This document shows, piece by piece, positions 21,603-30,565 of a stretch of DNA of 39,270 nt. Origin of the DNA: an uncultured bacterium (GTDB lineage: Bacteria; Patescibacteriota; Saccharimonadia; Saccharimonadales; Saccharimonadaceae). Position numbers and translations under genes: made by a program. The notes beneath the pieces were generated by a model. It was not told the origin of the DNA. It did no database searches and was given only the letters and a program-made list of their open reading frames with translations. Within the stretch, counting starts at the first letter, position 1. Each line of letters begins with the position of its first letter. The stretch lies in assembly GCA_967755195.1 (NCBI GenBank), contig CBRAFJ010000001.1:1-39270 (forward strand), given 5' to 3'.

Positions 21603-22994
21603 TTATACATATAGTTTTTCCTTTATCTCAGACACCTGTTCACGGATCATGAAGTCTAGTTTTATGGCTTTTTCGATCTTTTCGACAGAGTGTATTGCGG
21701 TAGTGTGATCTTTGCGGCCGAGCTCTGTGGCGATGCGTGGAAATGACAGGTGTAGTTCGCTGCGTAGTAGGTACATAGCAATCTGACGTGGAACAACGAT
21801 GTGTTTGTCACGCTTTGGACTCTTTATGTCGTCACTGGCTATTTGGAAGTGTTTGGCTGTTCGGTCGATAATCTGCCGCGGCGTCAGGTGAGACGGCCTG
21901 GACTGGCGAACATTGCCCAGTAGTCCTGTTGCTGTCTGGATATCTGGTTCTATGCCGCGCATTTCAGCGAAGGCCAACAGCTGGTTTAGGGCACCCTCTA
22001 GCTCACGGATGTTGGTTTTTATGTTGGCAGCCAGATACTCAACAGTTTCACGGCTAACGCTTACGCCCGACTCGCTAGCTTTGGCCTCTAAAATGGCACA
22101 GCGGGTTTCAAAGTCCGGCATCTGGATATCTATAGTCATACCCCATTCGAAACGGCTACGGAGGCGTTCGGTCAGGGTAGGGATGCTCTTTGGTGGTTTG
22201 TCACTAGTGATGATTATCTGTTTGTTGGCCTGGTGAAGAATGTTAAAAGTGTGAAAGAATTCTTCCTGAGTCTTTTCCTTGCCGGCGATAAACTGCATGT
22301 CATCGATGATCAGTACATCAACGCTGCGGTATTTCGTGCTAAAACCTTTTTTCTTGAAGCGGATACTGTCGAGGAACTCGTTAACGAACGTCTCAGAGTT
22401 TACATATAGCACCTTGGTTTTTGGTTTCTGGCGAACTATCTCGTTACCGATAGCCTGTGCCAGGTGAGTTTTACCTAGGCCAACGCCACCATAGAAGTAC
22501 AGTGGGTTGTATTTTGTGCCAGGACTAGCCGCTACAGCATGGGCAGCGGCATAGGCCAGGTCATTACTACCGCCAACTATAAAACTATCGAAAGTGTAAC
22601 GAAAGTTCAGACCAGAACTAACCTCGGTCTTTATAGTCTGTACAGTTTCACGTTTTTGCTCGTGGTCGCGGACAGCTTCGGCTAGTGGTGAATGCGTGTC
22701 GCTAGCTTTTTTGGGCTTTGAGCCTTTGATGATGTAGCTAACCGAAGGGGAAGAGATACCGTTATTTTTCAGGCAGTCGACAACCATTTTGTTGTAGCGT
22801 GATTCAAACTGCTGTTTGGCAAAGATGTTCGGCACAGCAATAGATATAGTCTGACCGTTATTTTCTATTAGCTCGGTGTGCTTGAAAAAGGTCGAAAACG
22901 CGGCACTAGAGACACTTAGCTCGATCTCGCCGAGTACAGTTTGCCACAAAGCATGGTCGACTGGTGTCACCTTTATCCCTCTCTTTTCCCTCAC
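21603..22994 (-). CDS. dnaA: Chromosomal replication initiator DnaA
   Basis: 463 aa from GTG 22994. Alternative GTG 22970 has a GAGGG SD 6 nt upstream. Walker A GGVGLGKTHLAQA, Walker B VLIIDDMQF, C-terminal DNA-binding domain ..KDHTTAIHSVEKI.. Confidence 0.93.
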   Translation of the reverse strand: MREKRGIKVTPVDHALWQTVLGEIELSVSSAAFSTFFKHTELIENNGQTISIAVPNIFAKQQFESRYNKMVVDCLKNNGISSPSVSYIIKGSKPKKASDTHSPLAEAVRDHEQKRETVQTIKTEVSSGLNFRYTFDSFIVGGSNDLAYAAAHAVAASPGTKYNPLYFYGGVGLGKTHLAQAIGNEIVRQKPKTKVLYVNSETFVNEFLDSIRFKKKGFSTKYRSVDVLIIDDMQFIAGKEKTQEEFFHTFNILHQANKQIIITSDKPPKSIPTLTERLRSRFEWGMTIDIQMPDFETRCAILEAKASESGVSVSRETVEYLAANIKTNIRELEGALNQLLAFAEMRGIEPDIQTATGLLGNVRQSRPSHLTPRQIIDRTAKHFQIASDDIKSPKRDKHIVVPRQIAMYLLRSELHLSFPRIATELGRKDHTTAIHSVEKIEKAIKLDFMIREQVSEIKEKLYV

Positions 22995-23239
22995 GTAATG
23001 TACCTACGACTATAACGCATATCGATAGTTTTCCACAACCATAACAGGGAAGATTATTAGAGCAGGGTAGATAGGGCCCAAATAGGGGTAGAGTTATACA
23101 CAATCTATTTCCACCTCTGTAAAGCTGTGGAAAACCTATCCAAATATGTGGAAAACTTTATAATATTTTGTAACGAAATTGTCAAAAAGCAAATATATGT
23201 CTTGAGAAAACAGGGGAGATTTGGTAAAATTACCCCTAT
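22995..23239. promoter_or_regulatory. DnaA-box cluster plus AT-rich tract between dnaA and rpmH (candidate oriC / DUE; also holds the dnaA and rpmH promoters)
   Basis: TTTTCCACA at 23029-23037. TTATACACA at 23094-23102. TGTGGAAAAC at 23126-23135 and again at 23147-23156, 21 bp apart. AT-rich run at 23155-23215. rpmH promoter TTGAGA (23202-07)-17 nt-TAAAAT (23225-30). Confidence 0.7.
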
Positions 23240-23377
23240 ATGCCAAAGCGAACACATCAACCAAAGACTCGCCACCGCGCTCGCGTTCACGGATTTCGTG
23301 CACGTATGGCTTCAAAGGCTGGTCGCCTTGTCCTAAAGGCTCGTCGCCTAAAAGGTCGCAAGAAACTAAGCGTCTAG
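23240..23377 (+). CDS. rpmH: 50S ribosomal protein L34
   Basis: Hand translation gives [45 protein letters not shown]. At 45 aa it is below the ORF-track cutoff. The listed ORF 23221-23451 is in a different frame. Confidence 0.93.
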   Translation: MPKRTHQPKTRHRARVHGFRARMASKAGRLVLKARRLKGRKKLSV

Positions 23378-23394
23378 TTCTAGAGTTGCTAAGA

Positions 23395-23423
23395 AGTCCT
23401 CGGTTCGCCGGGGCTTTTTATTT
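23395..23423 (+). terminator. Hairpin plus T-tract between rpmH and rnpA (attenuator/terminator)
   Basis: CCTCGG-TTCG-CCGGGG stem (one G-U pair) followed by CTTTTTATTT. Confidence 0.5.
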
Positions 23424-23457
23424 GTACGTGTCCCCTACTGATATATCCTAAATACAT

Positions 23458-23835
23458 ATGTTGTCACAAAAATATCGCTTTCATGGTCACGGTAGCCTGC
23501 GCTACTTGTTTAAAAATGGCCAGACTGTTCGCAACCACTCTCTCCTGCTGCGCTATACCGAAAATACTCGTCGTCCTAGAAGCCGTGTTGCAGTGGTGGT
23601 AGGAAAGAAAGTGTCAAAGTCAGCTGTCAAACGTAACCGCATCCGTCGCCGGGTGTTCGAGGTTATCCGAACCCACTGGGATAACATTGCGCCGAACCAT
23701 GACATGCTTTTCACGGTTTTCACGGCCGAGTTCATAACTATGACCCACGCAGAAGTCGAGCAAAACGTCGTGTCGCTACTAAAGTCAGCTCACCTCTATA
23801 GCCACAGCCCTAGTGAGTCTGATAAAATAAACTAG
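23458..23835 (+). CDS. rnpA: Ribonuclease P protein component
   Basis: 125 aa. Basic RNR-type motif KKVSKSAVKRNRIRRRVFEVIR. Located after rpmH. Confidence 0.9.
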   Translation: MLSQKYRFHGHGSLRYLFKNGQTVRNHSLLLRYTENTRRPRSRVAVVVGKKVSKSAVKRNRIRRRVFEVIRTHWDNIAPNHDMLFTVFTAEFITMTHAEVEQNVVSLLKSAHLYSHSPSESDKIN

Positions 23836-23838
23836 ATT

Positions 23839-24780
23839 ATGAGTTTATTTGACACCCTGATCGTTCAGCCGATCTTTAACCTGCTGGCACTTATTTACGG
23901 AGTACTGCCAGGCTCTGACTTTGGTATCAGCCTGATACTGTTCACTGTTATCGTCCGTATGCTTATGTGGCCACTGGTACGCAAACAGCTACACCAGACG
24001 AAACTTATCCGAAAATTACAGCCAGAGCTGAAAAAGATCAAAGCAAAGGCCAAGGGCAATAAGCAGCTCGAATCTCAGATGATGATGGAGCTGTACCGAG
24101 AACGCGGTGTTAAACCGTTTAGTAGTATTGGCCTGCTCTTTTTGCAGCTACCTATTTTCATCGCTCTTTATCGGGTTATCCAGATCATCACTACCGAACG
24201 CGACAAGATATCTACATATACCTACAACGGTATCGAACAGCTAAAGCCGATCGCTGATATAGTCAGTAGTGCTACACACCAGTTTGACGAGTCACTAGTG
24301 CATATCATCAACCTGACCAAACCTGCGCTGGCAAACGGCAACATTTACATACCTGCCCTTATCTTGGCGGTTATGGCAGCGGCATTCCAGTACATTCAGT
24401 CGCGACAGATTACACCACGCCCAGTAAACAACAAAAAACTGCGTGACATCATGAAAGACGTCGACCAGTCAGAGATCTCGGCCATCATGAGCAGCCGTAT
24501 GATAGTTCTGTTCCCGTTCCTGACATTTATCGTCGCTGTTTACCTGCCAGGCGCCCTGGTTCTTTATTTCGCTACCAGCAGTGCTGTCGCCATCATCCAG
24601 CAATACTTCCTACTTCGTGAAGATGTTGAAGAAATGGAAGTTGTCGCCGACATGGAATCTCCTAAAAAGAAAGCCACTGCGCGTGCTAAGCAGCGTGAGA
24701 AAAATGCTACCGAAGCAGTCGTAACCTCTACTCCAAAACAAAAAACTAAAACCTCTTCTAAGAAAAAGAAGAGGAGATAG
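23839..24780 (+). CDS. yidC: Membrane protein insertase YidC (short monoderm type)
   Basis: 313 aa. Motif LILFTVIVRMLMWPLVRKQ..KLQPELKKIK..ELYRERGVKPF. Lys-rich C-terminal tail. Located after rnpA. Confidence 0.9.
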   Translation: MSLFDTLIVQPIFNLLALIYGVLPGSDFGISLILFTVIVRMLMWPLVRKQLHQTKLIRKLQPELKKIKAKAKGNKQLESQMMMELYRERGVKPFSSIGLLFLQLPIFIALYRVIQIITTERDKISTYTYNGIEQLKPIADIVSSATHQFDESLVHIINLTKPALANGNIYIPALILAVMAAAFQYIQSRQITPRPVNNKKLRDIMKDVDQSEISAIMSSRMIVLFPFLTFIVAVYLPGALVLYFATSSAVAIIQQYFLLREDVEEMEVVADMESPKKKATARAKQREKNATEAVVTSTPKQKTKTSSKKKKRR

Positions 24781-24782
24781 CA

Positions 24783-25247
24783 GTGGACAAAGAAGCATCT
24801 ATAGCATTTGCAAAGAAATACATAGAAGACATCCTATCGTTTTTCGGTCTCAATACCGACGTACACGTTAGCTGCGACGACGAAGTTATCGAGCTGTCAG
24901 TCCCGTCTACGCACCTAAACGGCTTTTTGATCGGTCAACGTGGCGATACGCTCCGTTCTCTGCAGCAACTGCTCAGTACAACACTGAAGAATCGCGAAGC
25001 CGAGATTCACCGTGTTAACCTGGATATCGCCGACTACAAACGTCAGCGCTATGACCGTCTAACCGAACAGACCGCCGACTGGGTTAAAGAAGTTCGTGAA
25101 AGCAAAACTCCGAAACACCTACCACCGATGAATGCTGCCGAGCGTCGTGTTGTTCACCAGGCGGTTTCTGACTATAGTGATATCCATACCGAGTCCGAAG
25201 GTGAAGGTCGCGACCGTCACATAGTTCTTAGTTTGACCGAAAACTAG
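24783..25247 (+). CDS. jag: Jag/KhpB-like RNA-binding protein (KH + R3H domains)
   Basis: 154 aa from GTG with a GAGGAG SD. R3H region LPPMNAAERRVVHQAVSDYSDIHTESEGEGRDRHIVL. Located after yidC. Confidence 0.85.
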   Translation: MDKEASIAFAKKYIEDILSFFGLNTDVHVSCDDEVIELSVPSTHLNGFLIGQRGDTLRSLQQLLSTTLKNREAEIHRVNLDIADYKRQRYDRLTEQTADWVKEVRESKTPKHLPPMNAAERRVVHQAVSDYSDIHTESEGEGRDRHIVLSLTEN

Positions 25248-25253
25248 ATCTAG

Positions 25254-26351
25254 CTATTTTTCAATTAACACTCGCTGATAAACGGCGAGTGTTTTTGCTG
25301 CGACTGATTGCCAGGAATATTTTTTAACCTGCTCTAGGCCTTTTTTAGATAGTTCTAGTCGTAGTTTTGTGTCGCTCAGGACATCGCCGATGGCGCGAGT
25401 CATGTCGTCAATGTTTAAGGGGTCAAAATAGTGCGCCGCATCTCCGTAAACTTCAGGCAGGCAGGTAGCGTTGCTGCTAACTACTGGCGTGCCATAGTTC
25501 ATAGCCTCTAAGCCCGGTAGGCCAAAACCTTCCATTAGTGACGGGAAAACGTAAGCATCTGCGTTTTTATACAGCCAGTCGCGCTGCTCGTCTGGTAAAA
25601 AGCCAGTAAAAGTAATGTTTTTGTAGCCTAGGCTGTCGAAGTAATCTTTGTTGCTGGTCGATGCTTTGTTTAGTCCACCGACTAGTATTAACCCTAGGTC
25701 TGGGTATTTAGCGAGCAGTTTTTGGTGAGCGCTAGCGAGGCGTCGGATGTTTTTGTGATCCTGTTGGCGTCCGACATACATAATGAATTGTTTGTATGGG
25801 TGCTCGTATGGACGTAGTTCGCCTAGTGGTTTCATGTCGGCGGCTTCACTGGTTACTAGTACTTTATCAGGTGAAACACCAAGCGTTTTAACGACGTCAT
25901 CACGAACCCAGTTGGTTGGTGTGATTATGGCGTCAGACGACCGTGCTATACGGCGAAAGGCGAGCTGACCAACTAGTTGTTTAGCCTTGAAAACCAAGCG
26001 TTTTTTGTCTGAACCGGTAGCGCGCAGCAATATCAGGTCGTGAAAAGTCGTAACTTTTTTACCAGTAAATAGAATCGGTTGTTCAGGCATGCAAAAATGT
26101 ACCACGTCGGCATTTATTGCATCTAGAAGCTTCTTGAAGCCTATTTGTTCATTGAGCGAAAAGTCGGCAAAATCACCTGCTACGACCGAGAAGTTCGGAT
26201 TGGTTGGCTTCCAATACTCCAGGTCTTTCGTTGGCACAATAACCGTGTATTTATTGGTCGTATCTAGCCTTTCCAGGTAATGAAGTAGTCGTTCGGTGTA
26301 GGTTCCGGTCGAACTGTTTATCAGACGGGCGTCGATAGCTATGTGTGCCAT
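25254..26351 (-). CDS. GT-B glycosyltransferase (family 4 / Glycos_transf_1 type)
   Basis: 365 aa. C-terminal motif VFPSLMEGFGLPGLEAMNYGTPVVSS. Confidence 0.85.
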   Translation of the reverse strand: MAHIAIDARLINSSTGTYTERLLHYLERLDTTNKYTVIVPTKDLEYWKPTNPNFSVVAGDFADFSLNEQIGFKKLLDAINADVVHFCMPEQPILFTGKKVTTFHDLILLRATGSDKKRLVFKAKQLVGQLAFRRIARSSDAIITPTNWVRDDVVKTLGVSPDKVLVTSEAADMKPLGELRPYEHPYKQFIMYVGRQQDHKNIRRLASAHQKLLAKYPDLGLILVGGLNKASTSNKDYFDSLGYKNITFTGFLPDEQRDWLYKNADAYVFPSLMEGFGLPGLEAMNYGTPVVSSNATCLPEVYGDAAHYFDPLNIDDMTRAIGDVLSDTKLRLELSKKGLEQVKKYSWQSVAAKTLAVYQRVLIEK

Positions 26352-26356
26352 ATGTT

Positions 26357-27364
26357 TTACCGGTGAAATATCCTGCGGGCGTATTTTTTATTGCTTGGTG
26401 GTAGGCCTGGGTAGATGACACTGCGTAGGTACTTCATGCTAACGCGACGTTTTTTCTGAATCCTATGACGCTCATAAAATGCGTGCGGTAGCAGGGTTAG
26501 ATGCTTCAAGAAGCCTTTGGTAGCTATGACGAACTGGCCGCGCAGAACGGCTCGTATATACATCAGAACGTAGCAGCCAAAGAACCTCCATCCAGTGCTA
26601 AAGAGCATTGGCCCTGGAACGTCTTTCCAGAAGAAAAGCGGCAGGTTTTTGAACGACTGATAAACGGTGAAGCCAGGTATTTTTCCACTAGTAGTACCGT
26701 GGTCGTGATAAGCGATAGCGGCCTTTTCGTAGTACGCCGTGTGACCTGCTAGTTGTGCACGGTAACTGATGTCGGTGTCCTCGAAATACGCGAAGAACTT
26801 TTCGTCGAACAGTCCGATGTCACGAAATAGTTTGGTTTTGTATAGCGACGCTCCAGCAGTGCCACCAAAGACGAATTCAGAGTTGCGTGCAGCGCTGACG
26901 TCTTCGTCGCGCTGACGAGGGAATGGTAGGCCCCAGCGGCTGTAGCTATCACCTGTACTTTCTATTTTTTTACCACTACTTTCTAGTAGTAGTCCGGTCG
27001 TAACACTTGCACCAGTAGTCTCCATGGCGTCCATTAGTATCTGTAGCCAATCTTTGGCAAGCACAGCGTCGTTGTTTAGTAGGACTACAAACGGGTAGTT
27101 TTCTTTTATGGCGTGTCGTATACCGACGTTGACACCACCAGAGAAACCAAGGTTTTTTTCGTGCTCGACAAAGGTTATTTTGTCGTGGTGTTTGTACTCT
27201 TCTAGTTTCTCTATCGACTCATCGTGCGAGCCATTGTCGATCAGCAGTATATGAAAGTTTTTGTAGGTCTGTTTCAGGATGGATGGTATACAGACCAAAG
27301 TCTCTTCCCAGCCGTTATAATTCAGGACAGTAAAAAGAACGTCAGGTTTGTCAGTTTTGGTCAT
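26357..27364 (-). CDS. Family 2 glycosyltransferase (GT-A)
   Basis: 335 aa. Motifs VLNYNGWEETLVCIPSILKQTYKNFHILLIDNGSHDES and VVLLNNDA. Confidence 0.85.
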   Translation of the reverse strand: MTKTDKPDVLFTVLNYNGWEETLVCIPSILKQTYKNFHILLIDNGSHDESIEKLEEYKHHDKITFVEHEKNLGFSGGVNVGIRHAIKENYPFVVLLNNDAVLAKDWLQILMDAMETTGASVTTGLLLESSGKKIESTGDSYSRWGLPFPRQRDEDVSAARNSEFVFGGTAGASLYKTKLFRDIGLFDEKFFAYFEDTDISYRAQLAGHTAYYEKAAIAYHDHGTTSGKIPGFTVYQSFKNLPLFFWKDVPGPMLFSTGWRFFGCYVLMYIRAVLRGQFVIATKGFLKHLTLLPHAFYERHRIQKKRRVSMKYLRSVIYPGLPPSNKKYARRIFHR

Positions 27365-27483
27365 ATGAACTTATTATAAAGCGAGCTAACGAGAGAACGA
27401 AATCTGTTTACATATTTCTTTCCGAGTAGCGAAGTTTTATATCGCTGATTGATATAACCTCATATATAATAGTAAGAACTTTT

Positions 27484-28299
27484 ATGAGCATAAAAAACAT
27501 TCTTTCCAGGCGAAATCGCATATTGCTGCGCGAGCTCGTTATCACAGACTTTAAACTTCGTTATCAGGGTTCGGTTTTGGGCTACCTGTGGTCATTACTA
27601 AAGCCACTGTTGCTGTTTGCGATCATGTACACAGTTTTCGTGCATTTTTTGCGTTTTGGACAGGGACTAGAGCACTTTGCGGTTTCGTTCCTATTTGGCA
27701 TCATTCTGTGGACCTTTTTCCTTGAGGCGACCAGCCAAGGTATGCAGGCAATAGTTGAACGAGGTGACTTAATTCGCAAGATAAATTTCCCTAAATACAT
27801 CATTGTTATATCTGCGACCATATCGGCACTGATCAATCTAATATTTAACCTAGTTATCGTGCTGATTTTTGCCATTATCGATGGCGTAGACTTTCGTTGG
27901 TCAGCACTCCTGTTTCCGATTAATATCGTTGAACTTTACGCGCTTGCTCTAGCCCTAGCATTCCTCTTGTCTGCGCTCTACGTAAAGTTCAGGGATATTG
28001 GTCATATCTGGGACGTTCTGATGCAAGGTATTTTCTATGCGACACCTATATTTTACCCACTACAGATGGTTTTACAGTACAACCTTCTAGCTGCAAAGAT
28101 TCTCATGATGAGTCCTATAGCCGTTATTGTCCAAGACTCTCGTTACAACGTCATCACTCATACAGACACAATGACTGCTTCGCAGGTTATTAATAATCCA
28201 TGGGCACTAGCAGCTCCCCATATTATCGTTTTGTCACTTATTGTTATTGCCACACTCTACTTCAAAAAGAGCCAAAAATACTTCGCGGAGAATATATAG
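27484..28299 (+). CDS. ABC-2 type polysaccharide/teichoic-acid export permease (Wzm/TagG-like)
   Basis: 271 aa. Motif ELVITDFKLRYQGSVLGYLWSLLKPLL followed by about six TM helices. Directly upstream of the ATPase gene (TAG-ATG abutting). Confidence 0.85.
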   Translation: MSIKNILSRRNRILLRELVITDFKLRYQGSVLGYLWSLLKPLLLFAIMYTVFVHFLRFGQGLEHFAVSFLFGIILWTFFLEATSQGMQAIVERGDLIRKINFPKYIIVISATISALINLIFNLVIVLIFAIIDGVDFRWSALLFPINIVELYALALALAFLLSALYVKFRDIGHIWDVLMQGIFYATPIFYPLQMVLQYNLLAAKILMMSPIAVIVQDSRYNVITHTDTMTASQVINNPWALAAPHIIVLSLIVIATLYFKKSQKYFAENI

Positions 28300-29451
28300 A
28301 TGCCTGAAACAGAAAACGCCATAGTTGTTAGCAACGTAAGTAAGTCGTTTAAGCTGCCACACGAGCAGCATAATGGCTTGAAACAACTGATTATTAATTT
28401 CTGGAAACGCAAAAAGGGTTACGAAACTCAACACGTTCTAAATGACATATCATTTGAGATCAAAAAGGGTGAGTTCTTTGGTATTGTCGGTCGCAACGGC
28501 TCAGGTAAAAGCACATTACTTAAGACACTCGCCGGGGTATATGCTCCAGACTCAGGTGCTGTGGCCATCAACGGCTCTCTTATACCCTTTATTGAATTGG
28601 GTGTTGGGTTTAATCAAGAACTAACTGGCCGCGAAAATGTTTACATGAACGGTGCCTTACTAGGCTTTAGTAATAAGCAAATGGATGCTATGTACAACGA
28701 GATTGTCGAATTTGCAGAGCTAGAGCGGTTTATGGATCAAAAACTAAAAAACTACAGTTCGGGTATGCAGGTCAGACTTGCATTCTCGATTGCTATACGT
28801 GCTGATGCAGACATCCTATTACTAGATGAAGTGCTTGCAGTAGGGGATGAAGCATTTCAGAGAAAATGTTACTCGTATTTTGCTGAGCTTAAAAAGAAAA
28901 AGAAAACCGTCATCCTTGTTACTCACTCTATGGATTCTGTACAACAGTTTTGCGATAAGGCTGCACTAATTGATAAGGGCCATAAAATGGAGATAGACAG
29001 CCCGGCTAAAATTGCAAAAATTTATAGAGAATTAAACAGCGAGAAAACTGCCGACAAACAAGAGTCACACAACGAAAATAAAAGTGTCGACATTAAATCA
29101 TATTGTAATAAAACTGATAAAGTGATCACGATAGACCTAGATGTCCTTCCAAAAGAGAGACTAGAAGATTCAGTTGTCACAGCTTCAATCAACAGAAATG
29201 ATGGAAATATGGTTTACAGATGGGCGTCTGATGACGAAACACGTGAAGGAACAGACCTAATACCTGGCCAGAATATGCACGTTAATCTAGAGATTGACAA
29301 TATTTTTCCTGACGGAGTATACGACATTAACATTGCTATAAAAAAGAGCGATAGGTCACGTGATTATGCCGTGTTTGAGAACAGCAGTACGTTTGAAATA
29401 GTCAACGCAGGTTCACATTGGAACCCTGGCCAGAAGGTGAAAGTAAGTTAG
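28300..29451 (+). CDS. ABC exporter ATP-binding protein (Wzt/TagH-like) with ~130-aa C-terminal beta-rich extension (putative glycan-binding module)
   Basis: 383 aa. Walker A GRNGSGKST, signature SSGMQVRL, Walker B ILLLDEVLA. The C-terminal segment VDIKSYCNK...FEIVNAG has no TM helix. Confidence 0.85.
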   Translation: MPETENAIVVSNVSKSFKLPHEQHNGLKQLIINFWKRKKGYETQHVLNDISFEIKKGEFFGIVGRNGSGKSTLLKTLAGVYAPDSGAVAINGSLIPFIELGVGFNQELTGRENVYMNGALLGFSNKQMDAMYNEIVEFAELERFMDQKLKNYSSGMQVRLAFSIAIRADADILLLDEVLAVGDEAFQRKCYSYFAELKKKKKTVILVTHSMDSVQQFCDKAALIDKGHKMEIDSPAKIAKIYRELNSEKTADKQESHNENKSVDIKSYCNKTDKVITIDLDVLPKERLEDSVVTASINRNDGNMVYRWASDDETREGTDLIPGQNMHVNLEIDNIFPDGVYDINIAIKKSDRSRDYAVFENSSTFEIVNAGSHWNPGQKVKVS

Positions 29452-29452
29452 C

Positions 29453-30565
29453 ATGACAAAGGATAAAAAATTAAAATACGCACTATATAAATATTCATCT
29501 CGTAACATAGGTGATGAGATACAGTCTATAGCTGCACGTCAATTTCTGCCTAAAGTCGACTATTATATTGATCGAGATAAGGTAGGTGAATGGAATGATA
29601 ATAAGTCATCTGAAATTGTGAAGCTTATCGCAAATGGATGGTATATGAGCAACCCTATGGAGTGGCCTATAAGTAACACTGCTTTAAAGCCTTTATTGAC
29701 CTCTATTCACATAAACGATACAGACGAAAAGGTTGTAGAGAGGTTTTCTTCCTCGGATTCTGTTAGATACCTTAAATATAACGGTCCCGTCGGTGCACGT
29801 GACAAGACTACGCAAAAAATTTTCAACAATTTAGGTATACGATCCGATCTTAGCGCTTGTTTAACATTAACGCTCCAGCGAGACCCAAATATAAAGAAGA
29901 TGGGACATATTTTGTGCGTAACAGTCAGTGACGAGCTTTACGAGGCAGTTAAGTCAAACACTAACAGGCCAGTTATAAGAATCGACACAACTACTTTTGA
30001 CAGTAATCTTGCTACGGTTGAAAAATTTAAACTTGCAGAACAATTTCTATACCTTTACCAATCCGCTCATTTTGTCATAACATCACGTCTCCATGCTGCT
30101 TTACCAAGCCTGGCACTAGAAACACCTATTATGTATATCGTCGACAGTGGCGCATCCACATACGACCCTTCCAGGCTACATGGCTTAAAGGATCTTACGA
30201 ACAACTCATCGGAAGCAGAATTCATAGCGAATATAACAAGTAACAGTCTTGAAAATCCCAAAAATAATCCTAAGAAGTATTTAGAATACAGGGAGAAACT
30301 TATAAACGATTGTGAAAAGTTTATTGGTAGTAGCAGAGCTAATACATTCGCAATTCTAAATGACTTCTCTGACTTTCATTTGGAAACAAGTGAGCTATTT
30401 AAAACTATAATTTATAACTATGACCAGGAAGTATATACAAAAAAACAGATTATAGAGTATCAAAATCAAGAGATTATTCGCCTAATGGGTGTTAAAGCGG
30501 CAGCGCGAAGGCTAACCGGTAATATCAAACGACGTATAGTCAAAAAAATTAAGAATGAAAACTGA
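29453..30565 (+). CDS. Polysaccharide pyruvyl transferase family protein (tentative)
   Basis: 370 aa. N-terminal SRNIGDEIQS and central FVITSRLHAALPSLALETP motifs resemble the PS_pyruv_trans family. Coiled-coil plus basic C-terminal tail. Confidence 0.6.
   Translation: MTKDKKLKYALYKYSSRNIGDEIQSIAARQFLPKVDYYIDRDKVGEWNDNKSSEIVKLIANGWYMSNPMEWPISNTALKPLLTSIHINDTDEKVVERFSSSDSVRYLKYNGPVGARDKTTQKIFNNLGIRSDLSACLTLTLQRDPNIKKMGHILCVTVSDELYEAVKSNTNRPVIRIDTTTFDSNLATVEKFKLAEQFLYLYQSAHFVITSRLHAALPSLALETPIMYIVDSGASTYDPSRLHGLKDLTNNSSEAEFIANITSNSLENPKNNPKKYLEYREKLINDCEKFIGSSRANTFAILNDFSDFHLETSELFKTIIYNYDQEVYTKKQIIEYQNQEIIRLMGVKAAARRLTGNIKRRIVKKIKNEN

Noticed and set aside
21299-21652. ORFs 21299-21610 (-) and 21446-21652 (+) in the dnaA-dnaN spacer
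   Set aside because: They span the DnaA-box cluster and overlap the dnaA and dnaN termini. There are no translation signals, and the region is better explained as origin/regulatory DNA.
23105-23451. ORFs 23105-23290 (-), 23127-23336 (+) and 23221-23451 (+)
   Set aside because: They cover the DnaA-box/AT-rich tract and overlap rpmH in the wrong frames. The real gene here is the 45-aa L34 at 23240-23377.
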